Below, piece after piece: positions 48,846-57,919 of a DNA stretch of 64,000 bases (positions within the stretch are counted from its first letter, which is position 1; each line of letters opens with the position of its first letter). Position numbers and translations under genes: made by a program. The notes below the pieces were generated by a model that was not told where the DNA came from, did no database searches, and was given only the letters and a program-made list of their open reading frames with translations. This DNA is from a virus: the IMG/VR virus record IMGVR_UViG_3300027859_000890, positions 1 to 64,000 of that record. The stretch is one strand, 5' to 3'.

Positions 48846-48898
48846 GAGCGCCGAAAGGGCTCTTTAACATATCTTGCTTAATAAGGAGAAATGAAATG
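48846..48898 (+). promoter_or_regulatory. ROSE-like RNA thermometer
   Basis: TCTTGCTT (48872-48879) pairs with the SD AAGGAGA (48883-48889) leaving a bulged G; upstream hairpin GAGC..GCTC. Confidence 0.7.
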
Positions 48899-49342
48899 AC
48901 AAGATTTACAACACTAAACCTACCTGACTTCCACAGAGCAACTATTGGCTTTGATAGAATGTTTAATCAACTAAACCAAGAGTTTGCAAATAGTAAGTCA
49001 CAAGGGTATCCACCATACAATGTAGTACAAGAGAATGACGATGAGTATACAATCTCATTGGCTATTGCAGGTTTTGCAATGGATGATCTAGACATTACAT
49101 TGGAGAAAAATGTCCTAACAATTGAAGGCACTTCGCCAGACGTTCCCGAAGATAGAAACTTTCTACACAAGGGTATTGGCAACCGTAACTTCCGTAGAGA
49201 CTTTACATTAGCTGAACATATTGAAGTTGATTCAGCTGAACTAGAAAACGGTATGCTCCATATCAATTTGGTTAGAAATGTGCCAGAAGCACAAAAACCA
49301 AAGAAGATTGAGATCCGTGAAGTTGGAACTATCGACGGCTAA
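48896..49342 (+). CDS. small heat shock protein Hsp20 (IbpA-like)
   Basis: IGFDRMF, YPPYN, AIAGF, HKGIGNRNF, LENGMLHI. Confidence 0.93.
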   Translation: MTRFTTLNLPDFHRATIGFDRMFNQLNQEFANSKSQGYPPYNVVQENDDEYTISLAIAGFAMDDLDITLEKNVLTIEGTSPDVPEDRNFLHKGIGNRNFRRDFTLAEHIEVDSAELENGMLHINLVRNVPEAQKPKKIEIREVGTIDG

Positions 49343-49348
49343 TAGTTA

Positions 49349-49376
49349 GGGGGAGTGAAATATCTCCCCCATTTTT
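49349..49376 (+). terminator. rho-independent terminator
   Basis: GGGGGAG/CTCCCCC stem plus T-run. Confidence 0.7.
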
Positions 49377-49387
49377 AGGGAAAAGAA

Positions 49388-49690
49388 ATGAGTAAGACAG
49401 ACGTTGTAATTGACGAAAAAATTGAAATAGAAATCAGAGAGCCAAAAGATTGTAAAGTTATTTTCTTAAATGACGATACAACTCCTATGGATTTTGTAGT
49501 AAACATTCTACAAACAATATTCAAACATTCATTGGACAATGCAACAGCATTGACTGTCCAGATCCACGAAGAAGGCAGCGGAATAGCAGGTATATATAGT
49601 TACGAAATAGCTGAACAGAAAGCCACCGAAACAGTAAATTTATCTAGACAAAACGGCTTTCAGCTTAAAGTAAAAATAGAGGAAGAATGA
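49388..49690 (+). CDS. clpS: ATP-dependent Clp protease adaptor ClpS
   Basis: VIFLNDDTTPMDFV, IHEEG, EIAEQK. Confidence 0.92.
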   Translation: MSKTDVVIDEKIEIEIREPKDCKVIFLNDDTTPMDFVVNILQTIFKHSLDNATALTVQIHEEGSGIAGIYSYEIAEQKATETVNLSRQNGFQLKVKIEEE

Positions 49691-50004
49691 TAGTTTTTAT
49701 AATTGGTTACCTAATAATGTTTTTTAATGAAGGATTCGTGATTATGCGTCACGTTAGTCCTTGGTTTGCAAAAAAACGCAGCCTGTTGCATCTAAAATTT
49801 GGTAGAGAAAGAGTAAAACGTATCCACGGACTTACAGATTGGACTTGGATAATTTTACTTGTGATAGGAGTATATTTAGATTTTGAGAATTGGAAAGTGT
49901 ACGCAGTGCTTGTGTTTGCTTTCTGGATAGTAGTAGCAGTAGGAGTGTATCTTCCTATGCTATATAGAAAAATAAGAAAACAGCCAACGGGATATGTAAA
50001 ATGA
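49687..50004 (+). CDS. membrane protein
   Basis: three hydrophobic segments. Confidence 0.6.
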   Translation: MIVFIIGYLIMFFNEGFVIMRHVSPWFAKKRSLLHLKFGRERVKRIHGLTDWTWIILLVIGVYLDFENWKVYAVLVFAFWIVVAVGVYLPMLYRKIRKQPTGYVK

Positions 50005-50534
50005 GTAAATTAAAAGAGCTTACCTGGGAAAATCACCAAAATGCAGAACGTACTGCATTCGCTAGAAGATTAATGGGAGGTATTACACCAGAAGAATATC
50101 ACACATATCTTTATAATCAGTTTTTGATTTATGGTTCACTTGAATCATTAACTAATCTTGAAGGCATAGAAGATATACGTAGAACAAAGCGTATTGGTAT
50201 TGACTTAAAAGAGTTAGAAAAAACACAAGGACTTAAACGTACCAAAGAACAGTTACAACCTAGTGCATTAGATTATATAAATTATTTGCCAACACTTGAT
50301 AACGATGAATTAATGGCACACATATATGTAAGACACTTTGGCGATATGTATGGCGGGCAAATGATTAAAAAACGTTTAGACTTTACCAGCGGCACAATGT
50401 ATGACTTTGACAATGTTGAAGATCTTAAAACGAAAGTCCGTTCAATGGTAGGTGAAGATATGGCAGACGAAGCAAACATTTGTTTTAAGTATGCCGCAAA
50501 GTTATTCGAAGAGCTCAATAACGTGTATGCCTAA
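50001..50534 (+). CDS. heme oxygenase (biliverdin-producing, HemO/Ho1-like)
   Basis: LKELT..H..AE, AHIYVRHFGDMYGGQMI, EA..CF. Confidence 0.9.
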   Translation: MSKLKELTWENHQNAERTAFARRLMGGITPEEYHTYLYNQFLIYGSLESLTNLEGIEDIRRTKRIGIDLKELEKTQGLKRTKEQLQPSALDYINYLPTLDNDELMAHIYVRHFGDMYGGQMIKKRLDFTSGTMYDFDNVEDLKTKVRSMVGEDMADEANICFKYAAKLFEELNNVYA

Positions 50535-51222
50535 GACTGTTGTTGCAATTGGTTGTAGTCACACAGCTGGATCCGAAATAGACGGAGAATTTACCAGTGA
50601 TTACAATCGCCAAAACAGTTATGCAGGACAAATAGCAAAACATTTAGATTGTGATATTATAAACTTAGGTTTCAATGGCGGCAGTAATCAATATATTTGC
50701 AGAGCCGCAACACAATTTGTTACAGAAAATCATTACAAAATAAACGAATATTTTTTTGTTATAGGCTGGACCAGTCCATCTAGGATGGAACTACGTTATG
50801 ATGGCAGAAGCACACAAGAGTTTGATCCTACACCTCCGGGTATGGATCCAAAATATGTGCCATTTAGTTTAGGACAAAAAGACAATATAAAGTTACCTCT
50901 TGGCAAGGTTACACCTTATGCAGTTGATATATTCGAAACGTCAATGATGTTTGATCATTGGGCAATGTATATTATGAGTTTACAAAATTTATTTTTACAC
51001 TACAAAGTTCCATATATAATGTGTAATACTTGTGTGCCATTAGAATATACAAAAAACAGCAAAGCAACATCTGCACATATAGATAGGCGATATTATTATT
51101 TAGGTGATAATTTTTACGACTATAGCACTAGCAAGGCACATACATCATCCCAACATAATCATTTTGGGGAGCAGGCTCATATTGATTGGGCAAACAAATT
51201 AACAAAGGAGTTAAAACTATGA
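50527..51222 (+). CDS. SGNH-hydrolase-like protein
   Basis: IGCSHTAG, NLGFNGGSN, GWT, HF..AH; start set at MPKTV. Confidence 0.65.
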   Translation: MPKTVVAIGCSHTAGSEIDGEFTSDYNRQNSYAGQIAKHLDCDIINLGFNGGSNQYICRAATQFVTENHYKINEYFFVIGWTSPSRMELRYDGRSTQEFDPTPPGMDPKYVPFSLGQKDNIKLPLGKVTPYAVDIFETSMMFDHWAMYIMSLQNLFLHYKVPYIMCNTCVPLEYTKNSKATSAHIDRRYYYLGDNFYDYSTSKAHTSSQHNHFGEQAHIDWANKLTKELKL

Positions 51223-51905
51223 GCGAAGTTTGGGAAACATTAATCGAAATACAGGATAGACTAATTGATGCATTTGAAGAAACAGGAGTAGAAATACAAG
51301 AACCTGGAATGGATAGATTCAATCAGCCTGGTTGGATAAACAGAGTATGGCAAAGTGATAGTTATCGTAGAGCACACATTGATGTTGTAGACGCACGTGA
51401 GTCAAAAGGCTTATGGATGATGCATTGTTGTGTTTTTCCAAGACTTGATAACAATGGACCTATATTTGGATTAGATGTTATTGCTGGCAAAAGAAAGATT
51501 ACAGGATTTTTCCACGACTATAGTAGAACAATTGAACCTAACCACGCAATGATAAGTGCATTTGGAGAAGAAGTAGGCAAACTTGAATGGCGGAAAGAAC
51601 GTGAACTTCCTGAGTGGGCGCAAGCAATTTTTTCACCACATATGGTAGCGGCTGGTAATGTTAGCAAACGTGAAGAACTAGATCAGTTATTAGAGCTAAG
51701 TTTAGATAGTGTAGATGCATACCTTACTGATATTGGAAATTACAATAACGAAGCAGATTCAGATGAAGTTAAGGCAGCACAAAATCGCTATGCACATTAT
51801 CAAAAACAAAATCCACATACACCTAAAACAATGACCAGTTTAGGATTAGATGAAGAAGATGTGCGTGTGTTCGTACAAGAATGTTTATTCCCTGATATCG
51901 ACTAA
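51219..51905 (+). CDS. ferredoxin-dependent bilin reductase (PcyX/PcyA family)
   Basis: RRAHIDVVD, MMHCCVFP, PIFGLDVIAG, FHDYS, RELPEWA..IFS, Q..Y...QKQNPHT. Confidence 0.85.
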   Translation: MSEVWETLIEIQDRLIDAFEETGVEIQEPGMDRFNQPGWINRVWQSDSYRRAHIDVVDARESKGLWMMHCCVFPRLDNNGPIFGLDVIAGKRKITGFFHDYSRTIEPNHAMISAFGEEVGKLEWRKERELPEWAQAIFSPHMVAAGNVSKREELDQLLELSLDSVDAYLTDIGNYNNEADSDEVKAAQNRYAHYQKQNPHTPKTMTSLGLDEEDVRVFVQECLFPDID

Positions 51906-51926
51906 ATACTATATCAGGAGTTCAAA

Positions 51927-52997
51927 ATGCGTTATAAAGATATATTAGAGTATACAGATCTAAGTAAAGAAAAAGAACAAATTATATCAACTATATCTGG
52001 CTTATCTGCAGATAATCAAGACGAAGCAAATTTGCTAGATAGGATTTGGAAAATACTTAACAGTGGAACTATTTCACAGAATATTGACACAGCATTTGGT
52101 ATTCCGTTACAAGACGAAAATATGGGTGATAAAGAAAAACTTATTATTCGTCAAGATATGACTAAAATTTTCAGTACCATTGACAGTGACTACAAAACAA
52201 TGGATGCCTTGTTAAAAAGATTAGAAGCAGGAGGCATTGTAGATATTGCAGCTCTTTCTAAGCCAATGAATACTTTCAATGCAGTATTTGGTGACGAAGC
52301 TTCAGGTGCAGCATTTAGAAAATTAGCAGCATATGGCGTGGGTAAAAAACAAAAAGGTCCAGGAGAATACGGACTAGCCTGTTTGTCAAACAAAATTAGA
52401 CTAGCAGCAGGTGAAGGCGACTTAGAAATAGATGGTATTGGTAAAGTAGAACTCAAAGCAGCAATGAGTTCAAGTGGCGGACGTATTGGCTACGGTGGTG
52501 GCAGTCAAAAAGCTAAACGTGCAGTGCTACAAAAGTATGAACAAAAAATACCTTCAGTAATAGGTGCTATAGGAGCAAAAGGTGGTAGCCTTGGGCTAGG
52601 ACCTTTTATGGCAAACTTAAATCAGGATCTTCCTACAAACGTTCCAGAAAATCAACAAGTAAGAAAAGCACTAATGATTGATTTACTAGAAATGGATATG
52701 GAAGGTTATGCAGGACCTGTTGCAGATAAAATTGCAACTACTGAAGATACAATGCAAGTTGAACTTGCATACTTACAAGCAAACTTTGAATGGTATAAAA
52801 ACAGAGATGACTTTGATGCATTGTTGTTAATGAGTATACCTAATCAAAAAACCGCAATGTTAAAAAATGCAGCAGATTTACAAGCATTTAGACAGGGCGG
52901 ACACGCAGGCGGACTATCAATAAGTATTATACCAACGCAAGCTGGTGCCGGCAGAGAACAATGGGCACAACTAACATTGAATAAGGCGAAGATATAA
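51927..52997 (+). CDS. hypothetical protein with PD-(D/E)XK-like motif
   Basis: GPGE...GDLEIDG..VELK; late promoter; MRYKDILE N-terminus. Confidence 0.55.
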   Translation: MRYKDILEYTDLSKEKEQIISTISGLSADNQDEANLLDRIWKILNSGTISQNIDTAFGIPLQDENMGDKEKLIIRQDMTKIFSTIDSDYKTMDALLKRLEAGGIVDIAALSKPMNTFNAVFGDEASGAAFRKLAAYGVGKKQKGPGEYGLACLSNKIRLAAGEGDLEIDGIGKVELKAAMSSSGGRIGYGGGSQKAKRAVLQKYEQKIPSVIGAIGAKGGSLGLGPFMANLNQDLPTNVPENQQVRKALMIDLLEMDMEGYAGPVADKIATTEDTMQVELAYLQANFEWYKNRDDFDALLLMSIPNQKTAMLKNAADLQAFRQGGHAGGLSISIIPTQAGAGREQWAQLTLNKAKI

Positions 52998-53012
52998 TAC
53001 TACGGAGAATGG

Positions 53013-53480
53013 ATGAAACATTTATTACTAGTAGGGTTAATATTATTACCAACAATCGCAAACGCTGATCTTGTACACAAGTTCAGAAATCCAGCCTTTA
53101 ATGGCGGCGGTGGTTATAGTGCTCACGTTTTAGCATTAGAGCAACTACAAAAACAACGTAAAGAAGAAATGGAAAAAGAAGCAGAACGTCTTGCAGATGA
53201 ACTTGAACGTGAAGCAGATAACACAGTGCTTGCAAAATTTACCAGAAACTTAGAGTCACGTATCTATGCGACACTAAGTAAACAGCTAGTGGACAGTATG
53301 TTTGCAACTTGCGGTGACGGCACTGATCTTGAATGTGCAACAAGTGGCACAACTGAAATAGAAGGTGCAGAGATTGCTTGGACAAAAGATACAACCACAG
53401 GCAGCATAACACTTGTAGTTGACGGGCCAGATGGCTATACAGAAGTAACAATACCAGGACCAGGAGAATTTAACTTTTGA
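53013..53480 (+). CDS. csgF: curli assembly protein CsgF-like
   Basis: signal peptide; mature DLVHKFRNPAFNGG; F..NLESRI. Confidence 0.8.
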   Translation: MKHLLLVGLILLPTIANADLVHKFRNPAFNGGGGYSAHVLALEQLQKQRKEEMEKEAERLADELEREADNTVLAKFTRNLESRIYATLSKQLVDSMFATCGDGTDLECATSGTTEIEGAEIAWTKDTTTGSITLVVDGPDGYTEVTIPGPGEFNF

Positions 53481-54283
53481 AACATTTAGTAGCGATATTA
53501 TTAGCAGCCACTTTAGCAGGATGCAGTTGGATACCAAAAAACGTTCCAGATTCTATAAAAGCGCCTCCTAGAGTACAAGAGAATCCAGAAGTAAGAAGTT
53601 TGCATAAATTGCCAGCACTAAACGGTCCTAAGATGACCATAGGCGTTTATGGTTTTACAGATAAAACAGGACAACGTAAACCAGCAGACAATATGGCAAG
53701 CTTGAGCAGTGCAGTTACACAAGGCGCAGAAGTATGGGTAATTGATGCACTATTAGAAGCAGGTGGTGGTGAATGGTTTGAAGTTGTTGAACGCACAGGA
53801 ATGGACAACGTAATCAAAGAACGCCAACTAATTCGCAGCACTAGAGAAAACTATGAAAATGGTGTAGATAGAAATCTAGCACCTATGAAGTTTGCAGGAA
53901 TATTATTAGAAGGTGGTATTGTAGGATATGACAGCAATATTACCACAGGTGGTGCTGGAGCAAGATATATGAACATTGGTACAAGTACAGAGTACCGTGT
54001 AGACACAGTCACAGTCGCAATGCGTCTCGTAAGCGTTAGCACAGGTCGTGTGCTTATGAGCGTAGCAACACAAAAAACCATAGCTAGTTTTAGGCAAAGT
54101 GCAGATGCATTTCAATTCCTAGATATGGGCACCAAGGCATTGGAACTTGAAGCCGGTTACAGTGCAAATGAGCCAACTAATTACGCTGTAAGGGCAGTTA
54201 TTGACGCAGCAATCGTAGAATTAGTGTATGAAGGTGTAAGAAAAGGGCTTTGGAACTTCAAAGACGGTGAATTACAACCATAA
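53477..54283 (+). CDS. csgG: curli secretion channel CsgG lipoprotein
   Basis: lipobox LAGC; VYGFTDKTGQRK, S.AVTQG, WFEVVER, EGGIVGYDSN, NEP. Confidence 0.9.
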   Translation: MKHLVAILLAATLAGCSWIPKNVPDSIKAPPRVQENPEVRSLHKLPALNGPKMTIGVYGFTDKTGQRKPADNMASLSSAVTQGAEVWVIDALLEAGGGEWFEVVERTGMDNVIKERQLIRSTRENYENGVDRNLAPMKFAGILLEGGIVGYDSNITTGGAGARYMNIGTSTEYRVDTVTVAMRLVSVSTGRVLMSVATQKTIASFRQSADAFQFLDMGTKALELEAGYSANEPTNYAVRAVIDAAIVELVYEGVRKGLWNFKDGELQP

Positions 54284-54351
54284 AGAAGAAAACTAAAAGG
54301 TAAATACCTGGACGACCGACGGGTTGTCATAAAATGAAATGAGGGCAAATA

Positions 54352-55107
54352 ATGAAAAGATCGATCATAACATTGGTCGCTTTCCTTTGGGCAACCGCGA
54401 GCGTTGCTAACGAAATCTATATAGATCAAGTTGGTGACAATTTAGACTTGACCATTTCTCAAACAGGAAGCGGCAACGAAGTAGGTGACTCAACAACCGA
54501 CCTAACTTTGGACGGTGCAAATATGACCTTCAGCATAACGCAAACAGGTGACAACAACAAAATTGACGCAGTCATTAAAGGCGCAACGTACACAGGTACT
54601 TGGGCATTTACTGGTGACGACAATACTGTTGATTTGAAATGTAGTAGCGCAAGCACAGGCAACTGTGATACTGTAACAGTTAACATTACAGTAGGTGCTA
54701 ATACCACTGGCGGCGCAGACGATAACGTATTCCAAATCTATATGGGAGAAGCATCTGGACAAGATGTAGACAATATGGTGGCAGCTTTCACAGTCGACGG
54801 TGATGGCAACGTTGTTGATGTAGCAAGCGGCAGTGGAGCAAGTGATATCACTGTTACAGTTGATAACACTGCAACTAATAGTACTGAGCAGTATACAGAT
54901 TCAAACACAAGTTTAGCAACAACAGCTGGTGGTAACTATGTTGACATCGACCAAACAGAAGGCGGTGTTGCAGGACACAGCATAGTATTAGACATTACCG
55001 GAGGTGGTGGACACTTTGACATTGATCAAGCCGGATTAAATGACAGCAAAATAAATGCTACATTTGACGGTGACGATGCAGATGTATCCATATCACAGAA
55101 CGACTAA
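54352..55107 (+). CDS. curlin-repeat-like secreted protein
   Basis: signal peptide; NEIYIDQVG and I.QTG..N repeats. Confidence 0.7.
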   Translation: MKRSIITLVAFLWATASVANEIYIDQVGDNLDLTISQTGSGNEVGDSTTDLTLDGANMTFSITQTGDNNKIDAVIKGATYTGTWAFTGDDNTVDLKCSSASTGNCDTVTVNITVGANTTGGADDNVFQIYMGEASGQDVDNMVAAFTVDGDGNVVDVASGSGASDITVTVDNTATNSTEQYTDSNTSLATTAGGNYVDIDQTEGGVAGHSIVLDITGGGGHFDIDQAGLNDSKINATFDGDDADVSISQND

Positions 55108-56210
55108 TGTTTAGGATATTGTTAGTTGCCTTGTTGGCAGCGAATACAGCTTGGGGCAGTGTAGGCGAAATTACTGCAAGCACTGGCCCAGGCCAAATCA
55201 AAAGACAATCAGAGAAATTTGATGGTAATGTAGGTACTGACCTCCAAATGCAGGACACCATTACTACTCAAAACGGTGCGTGGCAACTTGAGTTTATAGA
55301 TGAAACTCGTGTAGATGTAACCGAACATAGCCGTATGGTTATAGATGAATTTATATATGATCCTGAAACAAAAACAGGAGCATTGAGTATGAAAGCTACA
55401 CTAGGTGCTGTGCGTTACGCTAGTGGGCAAATAGCAAAGAATAGTAGACAACGTGTAAACATAAGAACTCCAAGTGCAACAATCAGTGTTCGTGGTACAG
55501 ACTTTATGATGATTGTAGACGAAGTAGGCGGTTCTATGATTACATTATTACCAAGTTGTGACAACACTGGTGCTTGTGTAGTAGGAGAGATTGCAGTTGA
55601 AAGCGAAGTGGGACAGGTTATTATGAATCAAGCATTTCAAACAACTGTTGTAGCAAATCCTTACAGCAAGCCTGCAAATCCGCTTGTTATAGACTTACCA
55701 GGTCACTTGCTTCGTGCAATGTTAATTGTACGTAAAAAGCAACCTTATGACGAAATATTAGAAACTGTACGACCACGTACAGACATATTAGAAGTTGACT
55801 TCTTAGCGTTTGACGAGTTAGATGATGATCCGCTTGTTGAAAGCATTAAACGTATATGGCTAACAGATTTGGATAATATGACATACTTGAAAGAAGTATG
55901 GACAGATGAAATGGAAGAACAGTTACGTGAAATCTTAGCAAAATGGATTAATGAACTGAATAGACAAGATACTGAAATATTTGTAAGTAAAACTATGGGT
56001 TTGGATCCAGACACTGGTATTGTTTATGAAGAATTTCCTCCAAAATTTATTATTGAAAGACGAGAACAAGACTTACACTTTTTTAGATTAACGCTAGATG
56101 ACGGGGAGGGTTACACTATTGATATGCACCAAGACTACTTCAGTGAGTTTGGCTATCGTGTTGGTATGGGCGGCTACAGCACTATTACCATCAATCAGCA
56201 AAGCCAATGA
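55107..56210 (+). CDS. FecR-domain secreted protein
   Basis: signal peptide; D.I.T..G, F.DET, TPSATISVRGTDF. Confidence 0.8.
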   Translation: MFRILLVALLAANTAWGSVGEITASTGPGQIKRQSEKFDGNVGTDLQMQDTITTQNGAWQLEFIDETRVDVTEHSRMVIDEFIYDPETKTGALSMKATLGAVRYASGQIAKNSRQRVNIRTPSATISVRGTDFMMIVDEVGGSMITLLPSCDNTGACVVGEIAVESEVGQVIMNQAFQTTVVANPYSKPANPLVIDLPGHLLRAMLIVRKKQPYDEILETVRPRTDILEVDFLAFDELDDDPLVESIKRIWLTDLDNMTYLKEVWTDEMEEQLREILAKWINELNRQDTEIFVSKTMGLDPDTGIVYEEFPPKFIIERREQDLHFFRLTLDDGEGYTIDMHQDYFSEFGYRVGMGGYSTITINQQSQ

Positions 56211-56964
56211 AATATACTTAGAGCAAGTTGGTAACGATGCAACTGTGACTATTATCCAAGAAGGAGCAGATAATTATGTTGGTCCTAAGGATGCTAATAG
56301 TACCTTTCACGGTGATGGAAATACTGTAATTGTAAAACAATGGGGAGAAGATCATTCTGCAAAAGCAAATGTAGATGGAGATAACAATTATTTAAAAGCA
56401 CTACAAGGTAATGGTTCTACTACAAACAATGAGTGTATTGGAGATATTGTAGGCGATGACAATAGAGCAGTTTGCACACAAGATAGAACAGATAATGGTA
56501 ATTCAGATACTCACGCATACGGTCATCATTATTCAAGTATTACTTTACTTGGCGATGATAATATTGTTAATACAATTCAACGTAACAACGTAAATGCTAC
56601 AGATGGACATAACGTAACAGTAGACATAGCTGGTGACAACGCAGATATAGATGTAAAACAAACAGCAGACTATGATAAGACTGCAAATGTAGATATAGAC
56701 GCAGACAATGTAACAGTAGACATATACCAGAATGGACACGGAGATCATAACGTAGATTTAACAGTAAGCAACGACAACAGTACGTTTGATATAGATCAAG
56801 GATACAATCCAGGAACTACAGGACACGATATAGACATTACAACATCAGGATCATACGCAAGCGATGTTACAGTGTCACAACAAAGCAACACTCCTAAATC
56901 TTATTCATTAACGCAAATCTGCACTAACCCTGCAGGTTGTTCAGTTTCTATATTACAACAATAA
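56119..56964 (+). CDS. second curlin-repeat-like secreted protein
   Basis: TTG start 9 nt after GGAGG (ATG 56098 is the alternative); signal peptide then NEIYLEQVG; GD.N/Q repeats. Confidence 0.7.
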   Translation: MICTKTTSVSLAIVLVWAATALLPSISKANEIYLEQVGNDATVTIIQEGADNYVGPKDANSTFHGDGNTVIVKQWGEDHSAKANVDGDNNYLKALQGNGSTTNNECIGDIVGDDNRAVCTQDRTDNGNSDTHAYGHHYSSITLLGDDNIVNTIQRNNVNATDGHNVTVDIAGDNADIDVKQTADYDKTANVDIDADNVTVDIYQNGHGDHNVDLTVSNDNSTFDIDQGYNPGTTGHDIDITTSGSYASDVTVSQQSNTPKSYSLTQICTNPAGCSVSILQQ

Positions 56965-56983
56965 ATACCGTTGGAGGGCAACA

Positions 56984-57334
56984 ATGGATTTTATTTGGGC
57001 TTTAGCACTTAGCAGCCATTTAGGTATGGCAGGTGACTATAATGAAATTCATCCGCACGTTAGATTTATAGAGGATGAATATATAGCAGGAGCATATCAC
57101 AACAGCGTTGATAACATTAGTTTATACGCTGGTAAACGTTTCGAAATGGGTAGTAGCATAGGTATTGAACTAGCTGCTGTAACAGGATACGAATTGGAAT
57201 ATCCTGTAACACCATATGTAAGAGGAACATATGATTTAGGTGATTTTCGCTTGTTTGTAGCACCATCTGGTGAACAAATTGACGGTGAAACGAATATTGG
57301 TGTAGTATTAGGCATAGAATTACGATTTAACTAG
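56984..57334 (+). CDS. small outer-membrane beta-barrel-like protein
   Basis: S.H, YNE.HP, GAY.NS, VTGY, C-terminal IELRFN. Confidence 0.55.
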   Translation: MDFIWALALSSHLGMAGDYNEIHPHVRFIEDEYIAGAYHNSVDNISLYAGKRFEMGSSIGIELAAVTGYELEYPVTPYVRGTYDLGDFRLFVAPSGEQIDGETNIGVVLGIELRFN

Positions 57335-57378
57335 TAGTTTTATAATCTCAATGATAAATACCATTGAGGGCTATTATT

Positions 57379-57777
57379 ATGAAATATTTTTTACTATTTG
57401 TCGTGCTGGCATTCCCAGCGATGGCAGACGTTAACGAGGGCTCAAAGTTATGTCTTGCAAAATATGGTTACACACAAGAAAATTTTGATACCTTTGACTG
57501 GGGCAAAGCGGCGGCTTGTGCCAGTAAACTAAGACTACAAAAATCAGCAGTGGATCTTGCAGAAATGCGTGACTTCCTGAAACACAATCCAAGATACAGA
57601 GTACCTGGGCAAAGCAACAATAAATGTTGGGGCAAGCCAAGAGAAATGCCTTTTGAAAGTGTAACAGCAAGTGCGAGTTCAGATGGCAGTTGGTATGTCG
57701 GTGTAAATTATAAAGACAAATTACCAGCAGGATGCTACGAAAACGGTCCGTGGGATAACCGCGATGCTAAAAAATAG
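57379..57777 (+). CDS. secreted Cys-containing protein
   Basis: signal peptide AMA; four Cys. Confidence 0.6.
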   Translation: MKYFLLFVVLAFPAMADVNEGSKLCLAKYGYTQENFDTFDWGKAAACASKLRLQKSAVDLAEMRDFLKHNPRYRVPGQSNNKCWGKPREMPFESVTASASSDGSWYVGVNYKDKLPAGCYENGPWDNRDAKK

Positions 57778-57916
57778 TTTAGCAGTGCTATTTGTAATAT
57801 TTCTTGTGGTTTGTATTGTAATGTGGTACAAACCAAGTAGCGAGGAATATTGGCAAAGCATAGGACCTAGTTGGGACAAGATGTTGAATCCAAATAAATA
57901 CTCACAACAGGAGTAG
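57764..57916 (+). CDS. small membrane-anchored peptide (50 aa)
   Basis: fills the gap between neighbours; N-terminal TM. Confidence 0.45.
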   Translation: MLKNSLAVLFVIFLVVCIVMWYKPSSEEYWQSIGPSWDKMLNPNKYSQQE

Positions 57917-57919
57917 TTT

